Of a stretch of DNA of 64,000 nucleotides, positions 9,083 through 18,686 are shown piece after piece. Position numbers and translations under genes: made by a program. Position 1 is the first letter of the stretch, and every line of letters begins with the position of its first letter. The notes under the pieces are model-generated. The model had not been told where the DNA came from. It saw nothing but the letters and a program-made list of their open reading frames with translations, and searched no databases. The DNA lies in contig JAAXWR010000003.1 of NCBI GenBank assembly GCA_013334825.1, forward strand, positions 101,167 through 165,166, in the 5' to 3' direction. This stretch comes from Candidatus Yonathbacteria bacterium (GTDB lineage: Bacteria > Patescibacteriota > Minisyncoccia > Phycocordibacterales > JACNGX01).

Positions 9083-11302
9083 TTATCGTCCTCCAAACCG
9101 TCGGCGATGTTCTTCGGGGGATAGTCCGCCATAGCGTGGACCGTTACCGCTCGCATGGTCATGTCCTTGTGATGGGCCAGAAGGTTGCACACCTTTTCGT
9201 GTTGCATAATCAGGGTCCGCTTGTTTCAGTGACAGACGGAGTTTATTCGGATCATCAGACTCTTTAACGACGACCGGAATCATATCACCCTCTTTCACGA
9301 CATCAGCGACATTCGCGATACGAAACGGTGCGAGTTCTGATACGTGCACCAATCCTTCCGTGAATGCATTGATTTTTACCAATGCGCCAAATTCAAAGAG
9401 TTTAATCACTGTTCCCTCAAAACGTTCACCAGGAAGATATTCGCGTGTCATGTCGTGGATGATCTGTTGTGCTTTTTCTGCTGTGCCGTTCTTACCAGTG
9501 ATAAAGATCGTGCCATCATCTTCGATGTCGATTTCTTCTACACCACTATCGAGTCGTATTTTCTTTATTGTTTTCCCTGATGGTCCAATAACTTGACCAA
9601 TCTGGTCTTCAAGAACACGCATGCGAATGATACTTGGTGCGGATGCCGGGAGTGTCGCTCGTGGCGCGGGAATTGCATCCGTAATGACCTTGAGAATATG
9701 AAGCCTCGCGTCTTTTGCGCGCGCGAGTGCTTCTGTGAGTATTGCAACAGGGATACCGTCAACCTTTACGTCCATTTGAATCGCGGTAACACCCTCTGTG
9801 GTTCCTGCAACTTTAAAGTCCATATCACCATGATGATCTTCAGGACCTTGAATATCGGTGAGCACTTTATAACGAGACATATCGGACGGGTCAGACATAA
9901 GTCCAATGGCGATGCCCGCGACAGGTCTTTTAATGGGGACACCTGCATCCATGAGCGCAAGCGTTGAACCACAAACTGATGCCATGGAAGTAGAACCATT
10001 GGATGCGAGAGATTCAGAGACGATGCGAATCGTATATGGGAATGTATCTGTGTCGGGAATGACATACGAAAGTGCTTTTTCCGCGAGCGCACCATGACCA
10101 ATCATGCGACGGTTGGTACCACCCATGCGTCCTGTTTCTCCGCTTGAATAGGGAGGAAAATTGTAATGATGCATGAAACGTTTGCTCCCCTCTTGCTCTT
10201 CCATGGTATCTACAAGTTGCGCGTCTTTGGGACCACCCAAGGTAAGCGCGGAAAGCACATGTGTTCCGCCACGATAAAAGATACCTGTGCCGTGAATGGA
10301 AGGAGCAAATCCTCCTGCTTGTGCAAAAAGTGGACGCACTTCATCGAATGCACGGTTATCGGGACGCTTATTATCTTCAAGAGCACCGCGATGAAGTTCT
10401 TTGTCCGTTGCGTCTTCATAGTATGCGTCCGCGAGCGTACGAGGTTCATCGGGGAGATGTTCAGCAACAACTGCCGTCCACTCATCTTTGAGTGTATAAA
10501 TACCATCCTTCCCTGCCTTGCCGGTAAAGACTGCGAGAGAAAGTTTTGGCGCAATACGTTCAGCAAAAAGTGTTTTTCCTGCTTCGGATAATGAGGCAAG
10601 AGAAAGAACTGCTTTTTCTTTGCCGATTGTTGCAATGATATCTGTTTGAAATGCTTGAAGATGTTCGATTTCTTTTGTCGCGCGCGCGAGTGAGGAAGTG
10701 ACAATGTCTTCATGCGCCTCTGCTCCTCCCGCTTCGATCATATTGATATTGCCGTTCTTGCCACATACCGTAAGCTCAAGAAGCGCGCCTGTACGATCGG
10801 TATAGGACGGGTTGACGAGCGTGTCACTCTCGACATTTTTTTGAACAAGACGTACGGCAGATACGGGACCATGCCACGGAATACGTGAAGTCGCGAGAGC
10901 AAGTGACGCGGCGTTTACCGCAAGAATGTCGGGGTCAATGTCACCAAGTGAAAGTGTTGTGATGACAACTTGTACTTCATTGCGGATACGTTGATCAAAA
11001 AGTGGGCGAATGGTGCGATCCACGATACGTCCCGAGAGAATGGCATTGTCAGAAGGTTTTCCTTCACGACGCATGAAACGGCTTCCCAAGATTTCTCCTG
11101 CCGCGTAAAAACGTTCTTCATAATCAACGGTGAGTGGAAAAAAATCACCATCGCGTACGTTACTGGACATGACCGCGGTCGCAAGGACGACAGTGTCGCC
11201 ATAACGCAAGATAACAGAACCATCAGTTTGTTCGGCAAGATCAGAGAACTCAGCAATAAGTTTTTTTCCACCGATCTCTGTTTCAAATGTACGTGTGTGC
11301 AT
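9083..11302 (-). CDS. pnp: Polynucleotide phosphorylase (PNPase).
   Basis: Two RNase PH domains plus KH and S1 domains. Classic N-terminus (TFETEIGGKKL...) and a 739-aa length. Confidence 0.97.
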   Translation of the reverse strand: MHTRTFETEIGGKKLIAEFSDLAEQTDGSVILRYGDTVVLATAVMSSNVRDGDFFPLTVDYEERFYAAGEILGSRFMRREGKPSDNAILSGRIVDRTIRPLFDQRIRNEVQVVITTLSLGDIDPDILAVNAASLALATSRIPWHGPVSAVRLVQKNVESDTLVNPSYTDRTGALLELTVCGKNGNINMIEAGGAEAHEDIVTSSLARATKEIEHLQAFQTDIIATIGKEKAVLSLASLSEAGKTLFAERIAPKLSLAVFTGKAGKDGIYTLKDEWTAVVAEHLPDEPRTLADAYYEDATDKELHRGALEDNKRPDNRAFDEVRPLFAQAGGFAPSIHGTGIFYRGGTHVLSALTLGGPKDAQLVDTMEEQEGSKRFMHHYNFPPYSSGETGRMGGTNRRMIGHGALAEKALSYVIPDTDTFPYTIRIVSESLASNGSTSMASVCGSTLALMDAGVPIKRPVAGIAIGLMSDPSDMSRYKVLTDIQGPEDHHGDMDFKVAGTTEGVTAIQMDVKVDGIPVAILTEALARAKDARLHILKVITDAIPAPRATLPASAPSIIRMRVLEDQIGQVIGPSGKTIKKIRLDSGVEEIDIEDDGTIFITGKNGTAEKAQQIIHDMTREYLPGERFEGTVIKLFEFGALVKINAFTEGLVHVSELAPFRIANVADVVKEGDMIPVVVKESDDPNKLRLSLKQADPDYATRKGVQPSGPSQGHDHASGNGPRYGGLSPEEHRRRFGGR

Positions 11303-11662
11303 AGCATATGTCCCCTTGTCGACACATGACGGCGTTGAAAGATTTCAGTGCCGAGTATGTGGCGACGAGAGAGAAAATAGTAAATGATAAACTAAAAACG
11401 ATATAAACAAAAAACTATAAACGATAAACTTTTTATAATTAACGATATAGGACCGACTTTAAACGAGTAAATATTGATAACGCATGTCGTGGCGCGGCGC
11501 TTCGCGCCGCGCCTCCATATACAACACCCCAAGTATACCCCGCCAAAGCAGTACTATGAAAGCCCTTGATTTTTTTCTATTATCTGCTATAATATACGAG
11601 TAATGTACCTCTTTAACAAATGACCGCTAAAAAAGCGGTCGCAAAAGATAAAAGGAAAAACA

Positions 11663-12325
11663 ATGAAAAAACTTTTTATGATTTTGGTGGCCGTCATCGG
11701 CCTTGGTTTTGCTAACTCCGCCTCGGCTGAACCCGTGTCTGGTAGCCTTGGCTACCAGCATGATTATATCAGTGGCAAAAACAAGGTCTTTGAGGGTGCC
11801 CTTGTTGTGGGTTCTGCCAGCGTCCCTCTCGGCAACGGGTTCTCGGTGAACCATTGGTTCGCCTATGATCCCGACGGGAAAAAGTTTTTCGAGAGGGACT
11901 GGTCCCTCGTGAAAAAACTTTCGGCATTCGACGCGAAGGTTACAGGGTCAGCGTCGCTGAACTTGTACAACTTCGGCGCAGGGTACGGCGACCTTGCAGA
12001 GCAGGGTGACGCCGCCTCAATTGAGGCAAATGCGTCCGTTCCCGTCGCCGAAGGGGTTTCCCTTTTTGGCGGTGCGGAGAGCATCACCATCATCTCGGCT
12101 GACGGAGACTTCACCACCGCATATGCGGGAGTGAAGTTGCAGAAGGGCGGGTTCTACCTGAAACCGCGGTTGCAGGTGCAGACCAACGACAGCCCGTATG
12201 GACGTATTGACGTTGGAGGATCGATCGACGTCGGTAACGGCATTACGTTTGACCCAGCAGCCAAGGTTGTCGTGGCTGAGGACCGCAAGCCGAATTTTCA
12301 GGTTGCGGTTGAAGTTCCTTTTTGA
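11663..12325 (+). CDS. Secreted beta-rich hypothetical protein (signal peptide, Gly/Ser/Ala-rich, C-terminal Phe).
   Basis: Signal peptide MKKLFMILVAVIGLGFANSASA, an upstream TATAAT -10 box at about 11596, and a downstream terminator at 12334-12365. Confidence 0.7.
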   Translation: MKKLFMILVAVIGLGFANSASAEPVSGSLGYQHDYISGKNKVFEGALVVGSASVPLGNGFSVNHWFAYDPDGKKFFERDWSLVKKLSAFDAKVTGSASLNLYNFGAGYGDLAEQGDAASIEANASVPVAEGVSLFGGAESITIISADGDFTTAYAGVKLQKGGFYLKPRLQVQTNDSPYGRIDVGGSIDVGNGITFDPAAKVVVAEDRKPNFQVAVEVPF

Positions 12326-12607
12326 AGGAATCCATGCCGGCGCGTAACAGCGCCGGTTTTTGTTTTCTGATGTTTCTTTTATAGATATATGTTTGTTCTT
12401 TTAAACATCGAGGACATGTCTTTTCCGATTTGAGTTTATGTTCGTTTCTCTTGCATGTTATTCCTTTTTCGTATATTCTCCCCAAGAGGTGTTTTTTGAT
12501 GATAATGATAAATAAAAAGAATACACATGAAAAGATACGCATATATGTATTTGTCCCCTGAGAAACTATTGCCTGATGGAGCAAGTACAGTGAGGGGGTG
12601 TGTAGAT

Positions 12608-12907
12608 ATGAAAAGATACATACGCTTTCGTGACTTCACGGAGTGTTATGTTTATCAGAGAGATGAAAATAGGCAGAGAAACTTTGTCTGCCCGAGCTCG
12701 GAATGTTCCATCAAAAGAAAGACGGATCCGTATTTTCGTAAACGTATCCTTTCCCTCTGGCGTCCGATTACTGGGGGAGAAGGATTCGTTGCGGTGATGT
12801 GTCAAAACTGTGGCATGATTGTTGAATGGAAACGATCCACGGTGTTTGAGACGGTGAAAACATTTATCCCCAAAGGGAAAAAGATGTTTCGCCTTCCGCC
12901 TCTTTGA
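12608..12907 (+). CDS. Small zinc-ribbon protein (CPSSEC...CQNCG).
   Basis: Two Cys pairs. The called ORF runs 12527-12907 and the likely start is the internal Met MKRYIRF. A terminator follows at about 12921-12941. Confidence 0.45.
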   Translation: MKRYIRFRDFTECYVYQRDENRQRNFVCPSSECSIKRKTDPYFRKRILSLWRPITGGEGFVAVMCQNCGMIVEWKRSTVFETVKTFIPKGKKMFRLPPL

Positions 12908-13013
12908 AGGAAATAATATAAACGGCCTCGTGCCGTTTTTTGTTGAGACACAAATATATTTAATTGTTTAGAAAGAAAACTAAAAGCGACCCAGGGGTCG
13001 CTTTAAACGTATC

Positions 13014-13526
13014 TCACTTTTTTCTCGTTCCGATGAGATACTTTTTCGGTTCTTTATCCATGTCGAGAAAATCATCTGCTGCTTCTTTGAGCTTCCCTGA
13101 TGCCGAGCGGCCAAATGCCGCTACTTCTACTTGGCAATTGTTTTTAAGATATTCAACAAGTGGCACAAAGTCACCATCGCCCGAAACGAGAACAATAGCA
13201 TCGAGTTTTGGCGCGAGACGAATAGCGTCTACGGCAATGCCGACATCCCAGTCCCCTTTTTTTGCCCCGCCATAAAAGATTTGTAAATCTTTGGTACGAG
13301 CTTCGATACCGAGTTTAACAAGAGCATCGAGAAATGTTTTTTCTTCGCCCGACTCTGTGGTGATGGCGTACGCGATGGCACGGACGATTTGACGTCCGCC
13401 GACAATTTCGCGCATGAGCGCTTCAAAGTTTACATTTGCTTTATACAAATGCTTGGCGCTGTGATAGAGGTTTTGTGCGTCAATGAAAATACCAACGCGT
13501 TGTTGTCTGTGTTTGATGATAGACAT
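13014..13526 (-). CDS. NYN-domain (LabA/PIN-like) ribonuclease-fold protein.
   Basis: VGIFIDAQNLYHS N-terminal motif and a SGDGDF motif, both typical of NYN/LabA domains. Confidence 0.8.
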   Translation of the reverse strand: MSIIKHRQQRVGIFIDAQNLYHSAKHLYKANVNFEALMREIVGGRQIVRAIAYAITTESGEEKTFLDALVKLGIEARTKDLQIFYGGAKKGDWDVGIAVDAIRLAPKLDAIVLVSGDGDFVPLVEYLKNNCQVEVAAFGRSASGKLKEAADDFLDMDKEPKKYLIGTRKK

Positions 13527-13827
13527 AATGATAGGAGGTTAGTATGTTAGGAGATTAGGAAATTAGTATACGAGAAAGTTATGAGGTTAGTATAGAAAGT
13601 TACAAAGACCTGGCGTGCGACAACTTGCGCACGGTAGAGAAAAAAGAAATCAAGAAAAAAACGTGAAAAAAGTAAAAATAAAAAGTGGGTACCCTTTTAC
13701 AACTATATGTTACTTTCAATGAACGTATATACAGTATACCATCTTTTTGGTGTCTTCTTGTGCACACCCTGAATGCAAATGCAAACAACGCCTTGCGGCG
13801 TCGATGCAGAATTGAGGCGATTATCGC

Positions 13828-14097
13828 CTATTCGGACTTGAGACCGAGTTCTTTGACAACTTTCGCGTACTGTTTCGCGTCACTCTTTTTGAGGTATTTT
13901 AGGTGTACACGACGATCGGCAACCATCTGAAGGAGGCCTCTGCGAGAGTGATTGTCCTTTTGGTTTTTCTTGAGGTGAGTAGCAAGTTCATCAATACGCT
14001 TGCTCAAAATGCCAATTTGGACCCCCGCGGAACCGGTGTCTTTATCATGAATTTGGGTTTTGGCGATAATATTGGCCTTTTTCTTTACTGTTAGCAT
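13828..14097 (-). CDS. rpsO: 30S ribosomal protein S15.
   Basis: MLTVKKKANII...GLLQMVADRRVHLKYLKK matches bS15. The called ORF 13828-14241 carries a spurious N-terminal extension, so the start was moved to the internal Met. Confidence 0.9.
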   Translation of the reverse strand: MLTVKKKANIIAKTQIHDKDTGSAGVQIGILSKRIDELATHLKKNQKDNHSRRGLLQMVADRRVHLKYLKKSDAKQYAKVVKELGLKSE

Positions 14098-14194
14098 GGA
14101 AAGAGCATACCATAGACGGACGATATGTGCAAGCGCTTGAATAAGCTTATAGGGTATAGGAAATAGGTGAGAAGTGAGAGGGGTGAACACTCGA

Positions 14195-14400
14195 ATCAAG
14201 CGTGCCCTGTACCCTACGTGGTGCAGGGAATCACGAAGCACGAATCAAGAATTAAGGGTTACGAAGTACGAACTTATACGAACATACGAAACGGGACGGG
14301 GATTAAGAAATATGAACATATGAATAACGAATATGTACGCCTGCCCCGCACCCTACGTGGCGTGCTGTGCATCCTACGTGGTGCATGGTGCTGGGGAATA
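14195..14400 (+). repeat. Cluster of REP-like palindromes (core ccctgtaccctacgtggtgcaggg) with low-complexity ACGAA/GAAAT repeats extending to about 14520.
   Basis: Imperfect palindromes with a G-T wobble on the + strand at about 14205-14230 and about 14340-14395. Related copies lie at 44955-44980 and 52580-52650. Confidence 0.6.
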
Positions 14401-14540
14401 TACGAAATGGGACGTGAATTATGAAATATGAAATTAGAAATATGAAGAAGAAAACTATAAAATAAAAAAGAAAAGAAATCATATGCGCATGTTCGTATAA
14501 GTTCGTACTTCGTAACCAATCTTCATGTTACAATACTCTT

Positions 14541-15458
14541 ATGTCGCACAATATTGACGAACAGGTTACGCGCTTTCTTGAGTATATAGAGATTGAGCGT
14601 GGACGGAGTTTAAAAACGGTTGCCAACTATGACCGCTATCTTCGTCGCTTTGTCGCATTCTCTGGCATTTCTTCTCCCGCAGATATCACTGATGAAACAG
14701 TGCGTCGTTTTCGTTTATGGCTTAATAAACAAGAAGTGCATGATGGTGGCACGATGAAAAAGAAAACACAAAATTACTATCTCATTGCGCTCCGAAGTTT
14801 TCTCAAGTACTTGGCGAAACAAGGAATTAGTTCTCTTGCGCCTGAACGTATTGAACTTGCGTCTGTTGGGGCACGGGACCTTGATCTTATTTCATCGCAA
14901 GAACTTGAGCGATTGCTCACTGCTCCTGATGGAGATTCTCTCACTGCACTCCGTGACCGAGCGATACTCGAACTTTTTTTCTCGACAGGACTGCGCGTAT
15001 CGGAACTCGCATCTCTTTCGCGAGATATTGATATTGAAAAAGACGAATTTTCCGTGCGTGGTAAAGGTGAAAAAATCCGTGTCGTTTTCGTCTCCCCTTC
15101 TGCCCGTAGTGCGGTAAAGCAATATCTCAAAGCGCGCAAAGATTTGGATGATGCGCTGTTTGTCCAACTTGGTCCACGTGCAAAAACAGCTGAAGAAATG
15201 CGTCTTACATCACGGAGTATTGAGCGCATTGTGAAGCACTACGCTATCAAAGCAGGTATTTCACGTAAGGTTACCCCGCACATTATTCGGCACTCTTTCG
15301 CGACAGATCTTCTTCGTAATGGAGCTGACCTGCGGAGTGTGCAAGCAATGCTTGGTCACGCCAACATTCAAACAACACAAGTATATACGCACGTGACTGA
15401 CAAACAACTGCGCGAGATACATAAAGCATTTCACGGAACTGCGCGGAAGAAACGCTGA
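14541..15458 (+). CDS. Tyrosine site-specific recombinase of the XerC/XerD family.
   Basis: C-terminal catalytic box HIIRHSFATDLLRNGADLRSVQAMLGHANIQTTQVYTHV and an N-terminal SAM-like domain. Confidence 0.9.
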   Translation: MSHNIDEQVTRFLEYIEIERGRSLKTVANYDRYLRRFVAFSGISSPADITDETVRRFRLWLNKQEVHDGGTMKKKTQNYYLIALRSFLKYLAKQGISSLAPERIELASVGARDLDLISSQELERLLTAPDGDSLTALRDRAILELFFSTGLRVSELASLSRDIDIEKDEFSVRGKGEKIRVVFVSPSARSAVKQYLKARKDLDDALFVQLGPRAKTAEEMRLTSRSIERIVKHYAIKAGISRKVTPHIIRHSFATDLLRNGADLRSVQAMLGHANIQTTQVYTHVTDKQLREIHKAFHGTARKKR

Positions 15459-15616
15459 ATAGACGTGGCCATGCGCCATGTAGGGTGCATAGTGAAAACG
15501 TCGCGGAACTTTGGAGATTTATGTTGTTCCTTGTTCACAAGAAATATATGCGTTGACAATAAGTAGTGGTATGTATATGCTGACAAAAAGTTCCTGAAAC
15601 ATTAAAGAGAAAACGT

Positions 15617-15874
15617 ATGCCTATCTTAACATTGGAAAAAGATGGAAGTATCCGGGAACATGGTCTGGGTACAATGGGCGGTATTGTAATGCCTGAAAGA
15701 CCAACTCTTGAGAATGCACAATTTTTCTGTCTTCATCTTGAAAAAGTTCAGTTTGCTGTTTATGTCACGTGCGATACATACCTGCAAACGACGGTCTTAA
15801 AAGGTGGACATGTAACTCCATTTTATATGTATCTCAATGAACATTTTCCCGGTTGGAAACTCAAAGCGACATGA
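15617..15874 (+). CDS. Small hypothetical protein, paralog 1 (ends ...LNEHFPGWKLKAT).
   Basis: A TTGACA-N17-TATGCT promoter-like sequence lies at about 15554-15582. It shares a C-terminal motif with the next small ORF. Confidence 0.4.
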   Translation: MPILTLEKDGSIREHGLGTMGGIVMPERPTLENAQFFCLHLEKVQFAVYVTCDTYLQTTVLKGGHVTPFYMYLNEHFPGWKLKAT

Positions 15875-15959
15875 TGTCGCTTTTTTTATTGACATACAGG
15901 ACATCTCCGTGTATGGTGATATTCGAAATCGTATCCAAAAACCTCAAGACGATATACAT

Positions 15960-16232
15960 ATGCAACTCGTCTTTTATGTCAATGCATCGGAAAGTATCGC
16001 ATATGCTCCATGCGAACTTAAATCTCTGGCTACTGGGAAAATCGCATGTGCTTCTGATATTGTAAATGAGCTGGAAGCATCTCCCAGTATTCTTGTTCTT
16101 TCAGGGTGTATGAATGGAAGAGTTTGCAAAGTGGAGCTTTCAAAGGGAGATGTTTCTCTGTTTAAAGATGTTCTCCAAGAACATTTTCCTGTATGGGCGA
16201 GAATTGTCTTCCCCGAACATATGTGTGTATGA
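15960..16232 (+). CDS. Small hypothetical protein, paralog 2 (ends ...LQEHFPVWARIVFPEH).
   Basis: The called ORF 15837-16232 overlaps paralog 1 in another frame. It is trimmed to the internal Met. The C-terminal EHFP(G/V)W motif is shared with 15617-15874. Confidence 0.35.
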   Translation: MQLVFYVNASESIAYAPCELKSLATGKIACASDIVNELEASPSILVLSGCMNGRVCKVELSKGDVSLFKDVLQEHFPVWARIVFPEHMCV

Positions 16233-16267
16233 GCGACTCCGTCGCTCATTTTTGTTACAATAACTGC

Positions 16268-17044
16268 ATGAAACTCATTTCATGGAATGTGAACGGTATC
16301 CGTGCAGTAGAACGTAAAGGATTATTGCGTCCTTTCTTTGCGACACACAATGCGGATATTGTATGTTTTCAAGAGACCAAAGCGCGACCAGAGCAAATCA
16401 TGGATGAGGTTGGAGTGATTGACGGATATTATGCGTATTTCAATGCACCACGTGAAAAGAATGGATATAGTGGCGTTGCGGTGTATGCAACACGTGAACC
16501 AGTGTCCGTGTGGTACGGTATGGGTGACGAACGATACGATACGGAAGGACGTCTGATTGGTGCGGACTTCGGTGATTTTGTATTGTTTAATGTGTATTTT
16601 CCAAACGGTGGCGGTGGACCAGAACGACTTGCGTATAAACTCGCATTTTATGATGCATTTCTCTCCCACGTGGAAATGTGGCGCAAGAAAAATCCACGCA
16701 TTATCATTTGTGGAGACATAAATACCGCACATGAAGCAATCGATCTCGCACGACCAAAAGAAAATGAAAAGAACACAGGCTTTCTTCCTGAGGAACGCGC
16801 ATGGATTGATGAGCTTATGAGTGCTGGGTATGCAGACACGTTTCGTCATGTACATGCGAGCAAAACAGGAGCGTATACCTATTGGGACATGAAGACACGC
16901 TCCCGTGACCGCAATGTTGGTTGGCGACTGGACTATTTTTTTGTGTCCCTTGCTTTTTTGCCGGCACTTCGTCGGGCATGGATGCTTTCTGATGTGTTTG
17001 GTTCTGACCACTGCCCCATTGCCATTGAGCTTGATATTCGCTAG
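16268..17044 (+). CDS. xth: Exodeoxyribonuclease III / AP endonuclease.
   Basis: MKLISWNVNGIRA...FQETK...SDHCPIAIELD. The called ORF starts at 16193; the canonical start is MKLISWN. Confidence 0.9.
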   Translation: MKLISWNVNGIRAVERKGLLRPFFATHNADIVCFQETKARPEQIMDEVGVIDGYYAYFNAPREKNGYSGVAVYATREPVSVWYGMGDERYDTEGRLIGADFGDFVLFNVYFPNGGGGPERLAYKLAFYDAFLSHVEMWRKKNPRIIICGDINTAHEAIDLARPKENEKNTGFLPEERAWIDELMSAGYADTFRHVHASKTGAYTYWDMKTRSRDRNVGWRLDYFFVSLAFLPALRRAWMLSDVFGSDHCPIAIELDIR

Positions 17045-17141
17045 GATTAAATTATCAGTGTGCGAGTATTTTTTAAACAACATGAACATATAGCATATTG
17101 ATTAGTTACACGATATCTTATTCATATCATTTCATAATGTT

Positions 17142-17894
17142 ATGGAACATTGGAAAGGTCCACATGAATATCCTTCACTCGATACGGCGATTGACGCACG
17201 TACGGAGCGTTTTACATTGTTGTATGGAAAATTGCGCGAACTTCTTTCCGGGCCAGAACTTGGACAGGGAGCAGTATCATTTGGTAGAGATATGGATAGA
17301 TTGGAATGGGAAGCAGACGCGACTATCGAGGACGTGTTGAATGCCGTAGAGGATATGTATAGTCCTAAAGACCCCAAAGGAGTTGCGCTTAAAATTGAGC
17401 TTCTGCGTACTTTTGTGGATGAACTAAAAGTGCGATATGGACATGATCATACTGACGTACGCGCGTATACTCTTTTGGGTAGGGCACGTGCATTTCTTTC
17501 GGGATATATGCCACTTGAATATGAAGGAGAAGACACGCGACAAAGAAAAACAGATGAGCGAGCGGTTTCGCAAGAAGTAAAAGATATCGTGTATGGTTTA
17601 CGAGAAGCGGTAAAAAGTGTACCTGAAGGAGCAGAACTCGGTGAATTGGGTATTTCTCCCGTCGCATTTGAAGCTATGTTGGGAAAGGAATTAGAAGAAA
17701 TGTATGTAAAAGGAACGGTCCATGATTCCACCATGAAGGAAGCGTTGGGAATGTTTATGACTGAAGCAAAAGAACTTGGGAGTGATGAGAACACTGATCC
17801 AGATGGGAGATGGGCAAGCGCTCTTATTGCCGTGGAACATTTTTGTGAGACACATTTCCCAGGAATGATTGTTGATGATGAGGATTTTATATAA
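17142..17894 (+). CDS. Hypothetical protein.
   Basis: 250-aa ORF with typical composition and no recognised domain. Confidence 0.55.
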   Translation: MEHWKGPHEYPSLDTAIDARTERFTLLYGKLRELLSGPELGQGAVSFGRDMDRLEWEADATIEDVLNAVEDMYSPKDPKGVALKIELLRTFVDELKVRYGHDHTDVRAYTLLGRARAFLSGYMPLEYEGEDTRQRKTDERAVSQEVKDIVYGLREAVKSVPEGAELGELGISPVAFEAMLGKELEEMYVKGTVHDSTMKEALGMFMTEAKELGSDENTDPDGRWASALIAVEHFCETHFPGMIVDDEDFI

Positions 17895-17962
17895 GTAAAA
17901 AAGTAAAACAGAACATCTTTCCATTTGTTCTACACAGAGTTATTTTTTTAAGGATAATAAAA

Positions 17963-18622
17963 TTAAAATAGGTTTTCCAAATCTTTAAGTCTCAACTCTT
18001 TAAAATTAGAGAAAATATGATTTGCTTCAGTGAAATCTTCTTTTGGATGGTTTTTTGTTATGAGACCGACAGATTTCATTCCAGCACTGTTTGCAGCTTG
18101 AATTCCATTAACGGCATCTTCAATAACAAGACAATTTTCAGGTGATACTCTGAGTTTTTTTGCGGTTTCTAAAAAAATATCAGGATGTGGTTTTTGATTT
18201 TTTACATCCTCAGACGTAACAAGCACATCTAAAAGTCCTAAAACTCCAATAGATTTCAGAAGTTCCTCAGCCCTGTATCGAACACTTGAAGTGGCTACTG
18301 CTATTTTTATTTTTTTATTCTTTGCTTCATTTATTATATTTAAGATCGTAATATCGGGTATCAATCTTTCTGCTAGTATTTTTAATTGATATTGAAAAGC
18401 CTCTTTACTAAATTCCTCCATGTTTAAATCCCTCGGAATTTTAGGATGTTCTTCTTTTATTATCTCCAGTTGGTCTTTCAAAGAACGACCTAAAAACTTT
18501 TTCTTATATTCAGGTTTAAGACTGACACCATATTTTTTTAATACCATATTAAATGATGTAGAGATTGCACCTTCTGACTTTATTAACACGCCGTCCATAT
18601 CAAAAATAATTGCTTCTAGCAT
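17963..18622 (-). CDS. HAD-superfamily hydrolase (subfamily IA, beta-phosphoglucomutase-like).
   Basis: MLEAIIFDMDGVLI motif I with downstream motifs II-IV. Its local GC of about 33% is lower than the surrounding sequence. Confidence 0.85.
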   Translation of the reverse strand: MLEAIIFDMDGVLIKSEGAISTSFNMVLKKYGVSLKPEYKKKFLGRSLKDQLEIIKEEHPKIPRDLNMEEFSKEAFQYQLKILAERLIPDITILNIINEAKNKKIKIAVATSSVRYRAEELLKSIGVLGLLDVLVTSEDVKNQKPHPDIFLETAKKLRVSPENCLVIEDAVNGIQAANSAGMKSVGLITKNHPKEDFTEANHIFSNFKELRLKDLENLF

Positions 18623-18686
18623 AGTGATTATATTAAAACGGGTATACTTTTTTCCCCGGTTTTAGTGATAAATTATAAGTTAATTT

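Noticed and set aside
13828-14241. 137-aa version of rpsO.
   Set aside because: The first 48 residues have no similarity to S15 and extend into the repeat region. The internal Met gives a canonical 89-aa bS15.
16322-17089. 255-aa minus-strand ORF.
   Set aside because: Antisense to xth, which has strong motifs. Its composition is Cys/His/Phe-rich and atypical.
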